A stretch of 63,216 nucleotides of DNA, counting the filler, from Basidioascus undulatus (lineage: Eukaryota), in assembly GCA_000826855.1 (NCBI GenBank). It is 6 parts of 6 records of this genome, joined end to end, with 100 filler letters (N's around TTAATTAATTAA, not from the genome) between each part and the next. Parts side by side here need not be neighbours in the genome. Positions count along the whole stretch, not along the records: positions 31,687 to 42,135 come from JTLS01001125.1; positions 42,236 to 52,680 come from JTLS01001126.1; 4 more parts are not named here. One strand, written 5' to 3'. The notes under the pieces were generated by a model. That model was not told the origin of the DNA, did not search any database, and was given only the letters and a program-made list of their open reading frames with translations. Position numbers and translations under genes: made by a program. Below, in pieces: positions 38,581 through 50,901 of this stretch; the first letter of the stretch is position 1, and each line of letters opens with the position of its first letter.

Positions 38581-39413
38581 ATGGCACTGCGCGTAGACCT
38601 GATCGACTCAGTCCCGTCGCTCCAGCTCGCTGTCGACGAGCTCTCCAAGGCCACGGCCATTGCCGTCGATCTCTAAGGGTTCAACCTCTGTCTGCAGGGG
38701 CGTTTCTCCCTTGTGTAGCTCTTCGTCAATAGCAGCTCAGTAATCTACATCGTTGATGTGACGGTCATCGGCAAGCAAGCCTTCGGCACGCCCCGCCTTG
38801 CGGAAGGGAAGGACCTCAAGGGCATTCTGGAAGATGTGAAGATCCAGAAGGTGAGGAAAGTTCATCTCAACCCGGGGTTTGACTGATAAGCGAAGGGAAA
38901 AGATCATCTACGATTGTCGTAACGCCGCGGATGCTCTCTTCTCGTTGTACAGTATCATCCTCGCAAACGTGCACGACCTCCAGCTGCAAGAGCTCGCTTT
39001 GCGCAAGTCCCGCGACAAACGTACCAAGTTCGTCCATGGGCTCGAAAAGACTATTGATACGCAGTACGGCCATGCTTTATTCCCCCCATTGCCCACGACC
39101 ACGTTTCGCATAAGCCCATCGCATCGTCCGTCCGCCGCTGTCGTGGAAGGCCACGAAGGCGGCTGCACCCGTGTTTTCACTCCCGAGCTGAGCGGATGCT
39201 AGGAAGGCCACTGGCGGTAGCCTTGATGGACTACGCGGGCCCAGGACGTGTCGCTCCTCTTCCAGCTCCAGGACAAGCTCGGCCCGCTTGGAGCCGACTG
39301 GGCTGCGAAGGTACAGGCCGAGAGCGCGATGAGGGTGGGCAAGTCGCAGGTCGCGGGGTTCATCGGCAAAGGCCGGCACATGGCCCCTGTTTATGTTTGC
39401 CGTGGGGGTAGCT
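38581..39413 (+). pseudogene. EXD1-like DEDDy 3'-5' exonuclease pseudogene
   Basis: AIAVDL*G (TAA 38674-38676 at the ExoI Glu), FSLV*L (TAG 38716-38718), IYIVDV, LKGILED..K|IIYDCRNAADAL, VHDLQLQEL and RPL...DYA, with later frameshifts. Confidence 0.8.
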
Positions 39414-40219
39414 AAGCCAGCTGCAGTGGGGAGAGGCGGATCATCCCCAGCTTCAAGGGCTGAAAAAGCACAAAAATGTACAGACAATGACTGCCTTTCC
39501 ATGCTTTACGGGCGCTTCCTGGGTTTGGGTGTTGCGAAAAAGCTCAGTGCAGAAAAGCCCAGGTTCTAGCAGTGTACTTGGATGAGTCGGTATCGGGGCA
39601 GCAGCGTGCCACAGGTAGCTGAACGGAACTTCGAAGCCACAGGTCTACAGACGATGCAAGTTCTGCAACCATTGCTCCAGCAGTTAATTACCCCCCCTTC
39701 AATTACCTAATCAAACCGCCCTCCTCTTGGTAGGGTTGCCCGAGCTGGGTTCCAGGCACAGGAGTGCAGCAATCTGAACGGGAAGCAGGCAGGCGCAACG
39801 AAGCAGTACACATCCTCAAAACTGACTGGAACCCGCGGTTGCAAGTTCTACCAACCTTTCGAAAAAATTCGTCAAGGTCCTCTACGTTCAGCAAAACTTG
39901 CCCCGGTTATTGCTCAGGAGTTGCCGGTGCTAGGCAATGGTGCGCGGCAGTCACACTTCACGTGCAGCTGTTTCCCTGTGTTGTTCTACAGTCCTGTTCT
40001 GTCTCTGTCCACTATTGGGAGTTTGACAGGACAAGGTCCTCTTGCCAACTCGGGAGTTCGTGCTGCTGCGATTCCAGTGCAACAGCTGAAGCATCAAGCA
40101 TCCCCTGCCCTGCACCTTTGACGTGAAATTTTCATGAAGTAACATGGGGCCAACAACAAGGTGAGCATACTTTACAGAGTACAAAGCAGCGAGGGATCAG
40201 GTCCCACGAGGGAATTCTT

Positions 40220-41002
40220 TTAGCCTTCGGTCGCGACACTCTTCAAGATGTCCCCCCAACCCCCACCCAAGCCTGCGAACTCCTGCGCCGTCGTCTCCGT
40301 TCGATCTTTGCTCGCTATCAGAATTGCATAAAACGCCTGAAACTTGTCTACCCTATGACTAAGCAACGCCGTTTCGTCGTCGCCCCTCTGCCTTCACGCT
40401 GTCATAGTGCATGGTACCCGCGATATCAGCCTAGCCTCTATGGAGGGTGGAGGAGCATGGAGTAGCCAGACTTGTGCTTGCTTACCCTTCAAGACCTCCT
40501 CCATGCCTGGAGCCAGCTTTTTTTTTGGCTCTGCGGCCTCCATAGAGATGACCTCGCAGCCCAGCAGCTTGAAGCGAGGCGGGTCGATGTCGAGAGGCAG
40601 AAGCTCGACGCTGAGCACCCGTCTCAGGCAGTTGGACGGGTTCTCGCGGAGGCCGAGAGCGAAGCCAAGGGCCATGCCCAACTGGCACGGACAATAATCG
40701 ACCAAGGTCTTCATGACGTCCCAGAGGGGAACGGCCTTGGCGTGGTTCTGGCGGAATGAAGCGTTCTGCGCGCAGTTCGCCCGCTGACACTCCTTAGAGT
40801 AGTAGGCAACTGGAGGAGGGGAGATGCAAAGGTTAATCACGTGGCGGATGGTAAAGTGAAGAATATCGAAAGACCCCAAACTCACCCCCTTGCATCCCCC
40901 ACACCTCCGGTGCTTCGGACTGTCCGCCGCCTCGCGCTTGAGGCATTTGCCACAGCGACCGCTAGCGATATCTGGGGGTACGACTTTCGACCGTTTAGGC
41001 AT
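40220..41002 (-). CDS. MYND-type zinc finger protein, degenerate (possibly a pseudogene)
   Basis: RCGKCLK...RRCGGCKG|VAYYSKECQRANCAQ. The YCS Cys and the W..HK..C segment are altered or missing. Confidence 0.55.
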
Positions 41003-42135
41003 TGTTAGAAAGGGTTGGGCGGCGGTGGGGGGACGCAGAGGTTGTGAATGGCCTTGCAGTGAAAGAGGCTCTCGTGGTGGAGCGATCGATGAAAGGTGCG
41101 CCTGCGTCGGCAAGGGGTACACCAGAGCAGCGGAGTGGCGGAACAGCCCGTCGCACTCAGGCCGTGTCAAGTGCACCCCGCCGATAATTTCAGCAGAACC
41201 CGCCCAAGTTCGAGTTGTCAAATTCCTTTAATATGCTCTCGGATGCGCATGCATATGTATCTGGCTTGTAACAAGGCAGGTCTGAGGATGACTTTCAGAC
41301 GAGTACCTCACAGTCCTCCGGACGAGTCACTGTCTGGCATAGGCGTACGTCCTGATGGTACTCTAGCTTGCCATGCATGCCCTTATCAGAACTTCTAGAC
41401 TCCTTTCAGTAGGGCTAGCTGTGACACAGCGGACCGTCAGGAAGCGGTAGTTTTGCTCATAGGGTCGCGCGATCGGAACATGGCCATTGGACGACTTCTT
41501 GTTGGGAATAAACACAGTACAGATAGAGTTAGGTAGAGCCTGGCAAGGTGTGCACACCCCCCGGACAAACTGATGGTCCAGATCATGTTCAGCAAATTGC
41601 TGCCTCTGAACACGCTGCCTCCAAATCGACCTGTGGAACACTCACTCGTATAACACTCACGCTGCGCAAACAGTTCTAGGGGTTTTCAGACACACTTGGG
41701 AAGCTTTTGGTAGTGCAGCTGAGGTTAGTAAGCTGGAGCAGCGTTCTGTATCTCCCTTTCCTTCACCTGAAGCTAAACCGGGGCGGACACCATTCCATTT
41801 CCCACTTTCACATAATGTTTTATTCTCCATTTGTCTTATTGTCTGCTTCTCTTTCCCTCCTTTTCTGAGGAACTTCCCATACATATCATGGCTTGGTTAT
41901 CAAGCGAAAGTTGAAACTCGTTCGACAAACACACGGCAGCCACGGCGTTTCTCATCCCACCACATAATCCACATTCCATAGGGCCATGAGATCGGCCATC
42001 CACATCAATCTACCTTGAAACCCCCAGCAAAAGCACCTCCCCAACCCCGTCCTCTTCCTCCTCATTCCCACTCACCCCCTCCTCCTCCTCCGTCCTCTCC
42101 CCCTCAAAGTCGCCCTCCCCCTCCCCTTCCTCCAT

Positions 42136-42235
42136 NNNNNNNNNNNNNNNNNNNNNNNNNNNNNNNNNNNNNNNNNNNNTTAATTAATTAANNNNNNNNN
42201 NNNNNNNNNNNNNNNNNNNNNNNNNNNNNNNNNNN
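42136..42235. other. Artificial contig spacer
   Basis: 44 N + TTAATTAATTAA + 44 N. Confidence 0.98.
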
Positions 42236-43551
42236 GGGAGGTGGTAAGGGAGAAGGCGGGCAGGTGGGGAAACGAACCAGGCAAGGGAGAGCTGCGAGGG
42301 CGTGGCGTTCTTCTTCTTCGCGAGCGCGCTACAGAACGCTCGATCAGCGTACGCTTCTCTATCAACAGTCGAGGAGAAGAAAGAACGCACTGGAACTTCT
42401 CAACAATCGCGTAGTTCTTGCTAAAGTTCTCATTGGAGAAGCGGGGGAGGTACTTGCGCTGTTTTTTTCGTGATCGCTGTCAGCTGCGCGGGAGAGGGTG
42501 TGAAGAGTGGAGGGAGAGGGAGGGACGCACAAAGTCGTTCTCCTCAAAGTCGTCGGGGGTCTTGATGTCGCTCGAGAGGAAGCCGCGGCAGAGCGGCGAG
42601 TAGGCGACGATGGCGATGCCGAGCTCCTTGCAGGTCCTATTTTTGTTCCCCCTCAGCGTAAGCCCACGTCCAGGAGAGGAGGAACCGGCAAAGCAGGGAA
42701 AGTAGGGGGAAAGGGGAGGGGAGGGGGAAAGTGGGCGCACGCGAATCGCCCGTCGTCCTTGTGGAAGATGTCGAGCGTAAGGGGGGAGATCTCGACCTGG
42801 TACGCGTCGATCTTGGTGACCTTGCTCGCGCGCCGGAGCGTCTCGGCAGACGCTTCGGACAGGCCGATATACTTGATCTTGCCCGCGTCGCGCAGCTACG
42901 CGAGCGCCTGCACCGTCTCCTCCATCGGCGTGTTGGGGTCCACGCGGTGCTGGCTGCGGGGCGGGCCGCCGGAGGGGGCGGGGGGGGGTTCGGACTCAGA
43001 AGCAGAGCCAAGGGGTAAAGCGAAGAGGAGGGGAAGAGGGACAGCGGAGCAAGAAGAAGGCAGTAACGCACTAGTACAGGTCGATCTGGTCGATCCCCAG
43101 ACGCTTCAGGGACGCCTCGCACGCCTGCTTGACATACGCGCTGGAGAAGGGGGATGCGCGTTGGGGTCAGTCCAACGAACCGGAAGGGAGAGAGGGAAGG
43201 CAAAGAAGCAGACGCACGCATCGCCCTTGACGCCGTCGAACGAGCCGCCCGGCCCGCGGACGATGCCGAACTTGGTCGCGATGAAGACCTTGTCGCGGTT
43301 GGTCTTAACGAAGTCGCTCAGGAACTGCCGTATGGGACACCCACACACACACACAGTGTCAGCATGCCTGAGGGGTCGTTGGGATAGAATGGAAGGAAGG
43401 GACGCACCACCATGGCACCTGGACATCCCGGAGCGCGTTAGTGAGCACGCAGAGAGTAGAGAAGTAGGGAAAGGGGAGAGGAAGGAGAAGACGCACCGAA
43501 CCCGATAGCGCCCACCTTGGTCGAGCCGATCGTGCGCTGAGGGAAAGACAT
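42236..43551 (-). pseudogene. Aldo-keto reductase (YakC/pyridoxal reductase-like), disrupted as assembled; 3' end lost in gap
   Basis: [89 protein letters not shown] (in-frame TAG 42896-42898), IAIVAYSPLCRGFL, ATPSQLSLAW. Confidence 0.8.
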
Positions 43552-44232
43552 GTTTCTTGTTGTTTGGGTAGTGTGATATGGATGTGGTGTGTGAGAGGAG
43601 AAGAACAAGAAGCGGAAGAAAAACAGATGGGTTAAAGATGTTGGGAAGGTCGCTGGAGACGTTGTTCAGCGACGCTAGTGGAGGTGGAGGCTTGGGAGGC
43701 GTTCGATCGAGGCAGCGAGGAGGGATCTGGGATCTGGTTGGGTCGATCTGGTCCTCGAGCGTGGTGAAGTTGTATGGGAAAAGCGCCCGTTAAAGGGGCT
43801 TGAGCGAGGATAGGTAAGATGAATAAAGGGGAAGCCCCGGGCGAAGCGAGTTGGGTTGAACGGCGAGAAGAATGGGCGGTGAAGCTCGACACAGCGGGCG
43901 GGATGCTGCGTTAAAGGCTACAATACAGCTGCTTGTATTAAGATCCAGCCGAGCGACATGCAGGAAGGTCGAGGCTTTTGATCAGCAATCCGTTGCGCAC
44001 TGAGTCGTTCCGGCGGTGAAGGTGCAAGAAAACAAACGGCGACGACGAGCATCGTCTTCCTTTTGACGACTGCGCGTCAGCGCGCTTACGCTGCTGATTA
44101 CTCCTCTTTTTCCCACGCTCACTCCGGCTCGATGCCCGCTTCACGCCCAATGGCGGCGACGCTCATCCTCAACGCCTCCTCCTCCTCGTCCACTCACCCA
44201 CACCCGCGCACATTCTCCCAGCATACTCTACG

Positions 44233-45179
44233 ATGTCGACAGCCGATCTAACGCCGGAGCAAGCGCGCCAAATCGAGCTAAACCGGCTGAGGGGTGAGCG
44301 CCGTCCCTCTGCCTGCTACGCCGCCGTCCAAGTTCGCTGCTGATCCCCTTCCTCGAATCCTCCAGCCAAAGCCCGCATTCGCGAAGCCTCCCGCGCCTCG
44401 CGCTCCACGCCCTCCGCGAGTGCGCCCAAGACGCCCTCCGGCAAGCGCAAGCTCATCCCCGCCGACTCGACATCCCCGACTGGGCCGTCCTCGTCCTCCC
44501 GCATCCCAACGCGGCGGAACGCGGCTGCGCAGGCGGCGGAGGACGAGTTGAGGCCGCTTCCGAGGGACCCTAGATTGGGAACGTACTATGAGTATGATTT
44601 GAGCAAGATGGTGCGTGGTGTGGTAGCAAAGGAACGGCGGGGGAGAGGGGCTGATTGGAGGCCGGGATGGACAGGTGAACAGCAAGGGAGGGTTTCTGGT
44701 TGAGGATGATCCGGGCGAGGGGGCCAAGACGGCGGAGGAGGTGCGGCGGGAGAAGGAGCGCGAAATGGAGCGGATGAAGGCGTCTTACGAGCCGGGTGCG
44801 TCCTGTCCTCTCCATCCTTGCCTTCCCTCCTTCCTTCCCTCTCCAACCGCACCATCCTATCTTCCTCTCTCCCGCGTAAAAGTACTCAACTCCCCGAGGA
44901 TATCTTTGCCTAGGCCTCATCGACCGCAGCACGAACCCGCAGTGCGAGTCATGCGGGACGATCGAGATCGACCCCCAGTTCCACAAGGTCTTTGGCTGCC
45001 GCGTATGCGCCAAGTGCAAGAACGAGCAGCCGGAGAAGTACAGTCTCTTGACCAAGACCGAGTGCAAGGAGGTGCGCTCCGGCTCCCTTCCGTTCCTCCC
45101 CTTCCCTCTTCGCTTGCCGGGGGCGTGCGATGGTGGAGCTGATTGTGTGGCGAGGAACAGGACTACCTCTTAACAGATC
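44233..45179 (+). CDS. RAD14: 5' fragment of nucleotide excision repair protein Rad14/XPA
   Basis: [45 protein letters not shown]...[31 protein letters not shown]. The C-terminal exons are absent. Confidence 0.9.
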
Positions 45180-45387
45180 GTGCGCCCCCGTCCATCCCTC
45201 GCGCCTCTCGCGCGCCTCACCGCTGACCCGTGCCGTCCCCCCCTCATTTCATTCTGCCTCTCATCGCCGATAGCACTCCCCTTGGCTCCCCTCCTTTACC
45301 CCATCCTGCGTCTTCTCCACCAAATTATCCTACTTTCTGGTCTTCTAACAACTTAATTCTTTCACATCCACCACCACCTCCCTCGCC

Positions 45388-46373
45388 ATGTCCCTCCCCG
45401 ATCCTCCGCGGCTCTCCCCCTCCCATCCCCCGACATCCACCGTCCTGCCCGCCTCGTCACCCTCCCCCACACCCGCTCCAAGCCCTACCGCACCGCAACA
45501 GCCGATCCGCTACGAGACGTACACCTCCGAGCGGCAGCTCCCCGCGCTCATGGCGCTCATCGACTCGGAGCTTTCCGAGCCGTACATCAACATGACGTAC
45601 CGCTACTTCCTGAGGTCCTGGTGCGCTGGCTTCCCTTGCCTGCTCAGTCACTGCCTGGGCTGAGAGTGACCCGGGTGGGAGAAGAGGCCGCATTTAGCGT
45701 TCCTTGTGCTTTTTGTTTTTCTGAGCTTGACGATGTTGAGATGAGAGCTGACGAGGTGGATGGGCTTGGCAGGCATACGACGGAGACACCGAGGTCGGCG
45801 TGGTCGTGTGCAAGCAGGACAGACATAAGCGGGGGCTTGAGCGAGGGTACATCGCGATGCTTAGCGTGCGGAGAGAATACAGGAAGCGCGGGATAGGTGC
45901 GTTATCCCTTAACACGCTCCCATGCTCCCATTCTGCCAGCGCGCGCAGGCGGTATCTTCCCGCTCCTTCTCACTGACATCCCTCCCACTGCAGCGACCGA
46001 ACTCGTGAAGCGCGCTATAACGGAGATGAAGCTCCGAGGAGCGCAGGAGGTGGGTCTTCCCTAATTGCATCCTCTCCTTCCGTTGCACTTCTCCATTCTC
46101 GTCGCCTCTCCCCATTTCGCCATTCCACCGCCTCAGCATACTCACTCCCTCTTGGTCCCCTACCAGATCATCCTCGAAACAGAAACAGACAACGCGACCT
46201 CGCTCTCGTTCTACGCGCGCTTGGGCTTTATCCGCGAGAAGCGTCTTTATCGGTTCTACATGAACGGCAAGGACGCGTTCCGGCTGTGCTTAGCGGTGCC
46301 CCCGCCGGGAGAGGAGGAGGAGGAGGCAGGTGAGGAGAGGGGGAGGAAGGAGGGTGGGGCGATGTATACCTGA
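45388..46373 (+). CDS. MAK3: NatC N-terminal acetyltransferase catalytic subunit (Naa30)
   Basis: LIDSELSEPYINMTYRYFLRSW|PHLAFL|AYDG..VGVVVCK..RGYIAMLSVRREYRKRGI, IILETETDNATSLSFYARLGFIREKRLYRFYMNGKDAFRL. Confidence 0.93.
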
Positions 46374-46789
46374 TCGGCGTCCGAGATAAGGTTAGAGCGC
46401 AGTGGTAGCTTGCATGCTGTCTGCTTTGGTCTGTCGTGGGACGCGCGGACCACTCAAAGCACCGAGGAGGCGATTGAGTACTTTAAGGCGAGGATTCGTT
46501 AACATCATCTATGGCTGCTAGGTCTTTCTGAGTTTTCCTCGCATGTTTGTCGTTGTTGATGGACGACTGTGCTTCCATCCGTGGCCCGTCCAGGGATGAT
46601 CGCAGCTCCACAGTCTGATGCGGTCAAACGCGGTCTACACTAGCTTTTGTCCTTCTTCGCATCTCCCCTCGCCACTGAAACAATCGACTTCGTGCTGTGC
46701 CATGGCAGCGTCCTCGAACGATAAGTTTCCTGGCGGCGTTGCTAGTTTCAAGTGCGGGAACTCAGCGAGCGACTGAGATCCTATTCTCG

Positions 46790-48051
46790 CCTTCTCGCAG
46801 ACCGGCCCACTACGCTCGCACCGGAGCTCATCGACACCATCGCGGGCTTCGTCGAACCCGAGTTTCTTCACACTCTTTCAGTCACCTGCCATGCCCTGCA
46901 CTCGATCGCAAACAAGAACCTCTATGCCTCGTCTCATCTCATCCCTTATCGCAACCTCTCTGCCCTCGATCGCACCATCGTAGCCCATCCCCACTATGTT
47001 AGCTCATCTCATCGTGGGTGATGGACGTGCTATAGATACGATGGCTGGATCATGACAAGGCCAAGCTTCTCCTGGCGGCAACGTGCCACGTGGCATGTCG
47101 TGAGCTCTGCCGACGAGATCCACAGCGACAAGGACTACGACCTGCTCTTTCAAGCCTGTATTTCGCTCATTTTAACCCCAAGCTGAAAGAGCTTAGGCTG
47201 GTGTCCGACAATAAACTCACTCCGAGGTTAGGACCTCCGTCCTTTGTCCCCCTCTTCTTCCCTTCCGCATCGCCCCTTCCCACCCCGCAATGGTCATCGG
47301 TCACGGTCCTTCACGTCGTCCAGCTCCCGCGCAACTTGCCGGGTGTACTTTGGCACGTCCGAGAAACTCTCATCCACTGCGCCGCGACACTTCAGGATGT
47401 CTGTATCACCGTGCGCACGCGCCAGCTCTTTGGGCCATTCGCACGGATTACTCGCTGCTAGACGACTTCTTTCCCAGCCTCATTTCCTGCGCTGATCAAG
47501 GCAGGGTCTCGTCCTGGCCAGCTCTCACGGATCTGACTCTAGCTGAAGGCGTACTCAGAGGAGAATTCTTCTACTTCCTCGATCTGTGTCCTTCCCTCGT
47601 CAACTTTAATCTCGCAGGCTGCATTTTCGGAGAGGGCGATCATGCTTAGCAGTCCCCCTCTCTCAAGAGCCTCTCCTGCAATTTCGAATCAATCGTCTCG
47701 TTCTATCCAGAAGCTTCGTCGCAATCACTTTAGCGTCTACTGCTCGTCGGTTTCCAGGACCTGGACTCACGCGGGATCGCACATTTCCGCTTCGAGAACG
47801 TGGAATTTCTCTTTACCTCGCATGGCACCTTCGCAGGTCTTCCGGATGTCAAAGGGATCTTTCCCAATCTCAAAATGTTCGCGCTGGCGATTGAAGACGA
47901 TGAAGTGTGCGACTCGCTGATCGACAGAGTACGCATTGCTCCTGCTCTTTCCTTTCACGCACGTTCTCTGACTCGATGTCTTCCCTATAAAGAAGGAGTA
48001 TTACCTCTCACACTTGAGGAACCTTGCCCAAAGTCGAGGCGCTCTGGATAG
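46790..48051 (+). pseudogene. Decayed F-box/LRR-like gene
   Basis: TLAPELIDTIAGFV...LHTLSVTCHALHSIANKNLY (F-box-like), then LRR-like pieces (PKLKELRLV, WPALTDLTL, CPSLVNFNL, FPNLKMFAL) in shifting frames. Confidence 0.55.
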
Positions 48052-48707
48052 GCGAGGATGGTGAGCCTACGCGCACGGTGCGGGCAAGCGGTGAGGAGAG
48101 CAGGGCGTTCACTCGCAAATTTTGTCTTTGGATGGGCCGAATATTAGGGAACCTCTGTCAATCTATGTGCATTGATCCGAAGTATTCGATTGAAGGGCTG
48201 AGAAGTGCACCGCAGCGATGGTGACTGCCATTTCACAACAGCTTACCTCATCAGCAATGGTAACCACAGCCTCTTTCCATCATGGGCTGTTCTGCCTACA
48301 GCTATAGCAAAATGACACCAAGTAGTGTCGCAAACGAAGAATCGAGATGCTCGCACACAGCGTTGCCTTAGAAACACCCAGAACGCGGTACCGCTGCCGG
48401 CCGCCGTGTGGCGTGAGCAGCATTTGTCCGGATGTTGAACAACTCGGCGGTAACCCGGCGCACCGGCGACAAGCAGACTTTCTTTGTAAGAGCGTGCAGG
48501 CTGAGAGCCCTCAAAGAAAGCCTCGCCTTCTTATTGTACGGAGGCAAAAGATTCTTGGAATCGATGGCGAGGTTGGCTGGGCGGTCGTATAAAGTCCTGC
48601 AGGGCGACTCTTGGATGGCGTACACACCCCCTTCCTCTCCTCTGCACACCTCCTCCAAGCGTTGCGAAATCATCTAACTCGCACAATCTCACTTTTCGCA
48701 TCTTCAA

Positions 48708-50446
48708 ATGTCCGAGCTCAATAACATCGTCATCGTCGGCGCCTCGGTGGGCGTGTCGCTCGCACAGGACCTCGCAAAACGGCTCCCCGAAAGCCATCGC
48801 GTCGTGCTAATTGAGAAAAATGTGCGCCGCCTTTTCCTCCTTAATTACACTTTTACTCGACCCTTACGATTTTTTATAGGAACACGCGTTTTTTCCGATC
48901 GCGGCCCTTCGGGCTGCAGTCGTGCCCGGTAAGTTTTATGCAACCCCGTCCAGCAGACAAGCGTCGTCTGCATGTTTGAGCCGCTTCTCACACTGCCTGA
49001 CTCCCCAGGATGGGAGGACAAGATTCACGGGCCGCTTGACAACGTCTTCGCCGCCGGAAGCCGTCACGTCGCCCTGCACAGCACCGAGGTGCTCAAGCTC
49101 GGGGAGCGCAGCGTCGTCGTTTCGAAGGCGCATCCCGAGCTGGGTCTCGGCGAGACCATTCCGTTCGATGTAAGGGCGACACTGACCATTGATGGCTCTT
49201 TGTATTTTGATGTATGTTAACCACATCCTTCCGCGTCTTGCAGTACGCCGTCATCGCGACCGGGAGCACGTACGCCAACCCAGCTCGTCCCGCGGGGACG
49301 TCTGCACAGGACATCGTCGCCGGCCTGCGGAAGATGCAATCCGACGTCGCGAGCGCGGAGTCCATCCTGGTCATTGGCGGAGGTCCGGTTGGGGTGGAGG
49401 CGGTGGGGGAGATCATCGAGGTCGTGCGTCTTCCTCATGTTCTCACTTCGTCCTGCGTCCCCCCTGGTGACGATGTCTACTGTAGCACAAGGACAAGAAA
49501 GTCACGCTCGTGCACAGTGTAAGGTTTACATTCATACCGCATTACCCATGATCGTTTAACCTCAGACGGGAAACAGGCAATGGAGCTCGTCGGCGAAGGC
49601 ACCGCCCTTCATCCCCGCATCGCCAGGCAGCTGAACGCCGCCGGCGTCCGGGTCGTCCTTGACGACAAGGTTGATCTCCCGCAAGACACTGTGACCGGTC
49701 CGGTTGGAAAGCAGAAGTTCAAGACGACGAAGGGGGAGGAGATTGAAGGTGCGTCGCAAGGCATCTGCCAGCCACAACTTCAGCATCGCAGTGCTGATTG
49801 GGCCTTGATTTTTTCCAGCGGATTTCGTTTGGATCGCATTCGGCTCGACGCCCAATGCCTCGCTCGTCGCTTCCGCCGACGCGGACGTGATCACCTCTTC
49901 TGGACACATCAAAGTTCTCCCGTCGCTGCAGGTGAGTATTGGGCATTGATTGACAGCGCGCACTTCCGAAAAGCCGTTACTCATCGACCAGATTCTTTGA
50001 TTTCTCAAAGGTCCCCTCCTCAAAGCTGTCGCACGTCTTCGCTATCGGCGATGTCACGGACCTGCCCGAGAACAAGATGATTGCGAACGGATGGCGCCAC
50101 AGCCCTATCGTTGCCGGTGAGCTGACTGGCCGCCAGCTATGCTGACGTTCGAGCCCTAAGATGACTGACCGATTTATGCATGCACAGCGAATATCGTTTC
50201 CCTAATTAACGGCAAGGCGGCGTCGGCAACGTGGAAAGCGGGACCGGCGATGATGGTGCGTTCCCCTCCTCGATGACACCTACGGCGTGCTGGGCTCATA
50301 GCACCATCAAACAGATGGTCACCTTCGGCTCCAAGGGCGGTGCCTTCCATACCCCGTGGTTCACGCTGGGCGCATGGTCGGTGAGGATGGCGAAGGGCAA
50401 GACGCTGTTTGCGGACACCTTCCTTGCCAAGCTCAAGGCGGACTGA
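48708..50446 (+). CDS. AIF/AMID (FSP1)-like FAD/NAD(P)H oxidoreductase
   Basis: NIVIVGASVG...VVLIEKN, IAALRAAVVP|GWE, IPFD|YAVIATGS, ILVIGGGPVGVE and VFAIGDV. Confidence 0.88.
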
Positions 50447-50901
50447 GCGGGCCTCTGCTAGAGCATCGTAGATACCATACATAGCACCTAATATTGCGGC
50501 CGTGATTCTATATCTTGAATATGTTCGGCAAAATATTTCTGCAGGGCAATGGGGACTACTAGGAGCGCAGGTGAAAGTGACTGCGCATGGAGTGACCATG
50601 ACAGCGGATCATGATGGGTCTGCCAACCGTGTTGCGCGTCACCCCCATTTTGAGTACCAATGGGCACCAGAGCAATACGAAACCAAGCGAAAAAATACTG
50701 CTGCGACTGGTAGGACGTCCTCTTCCTAAGTCACAATGACAGGCGACGACAACCGCACATGCAGCGGGCGAAGCACGCTGTTCCCAACGTGAGACCTACA
50801 AGATACATAAAAAGTACAACAGCGTCTGATAACGCATGCTAGTTGCTCATATGAGAAGGCTGAAGCCGGAAAACCAAGAACGCCACGATCCAGCGGCCCA
50901 T

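Noticed and set aside
12669..50446. Apparent redox or sugar gene cluster (ADH, GH15, XYL1, AKR, AIF)
   Set aside because: The genes lie mostly on different unlinked contigs, so co-occurrence is an artefact of concatenation.
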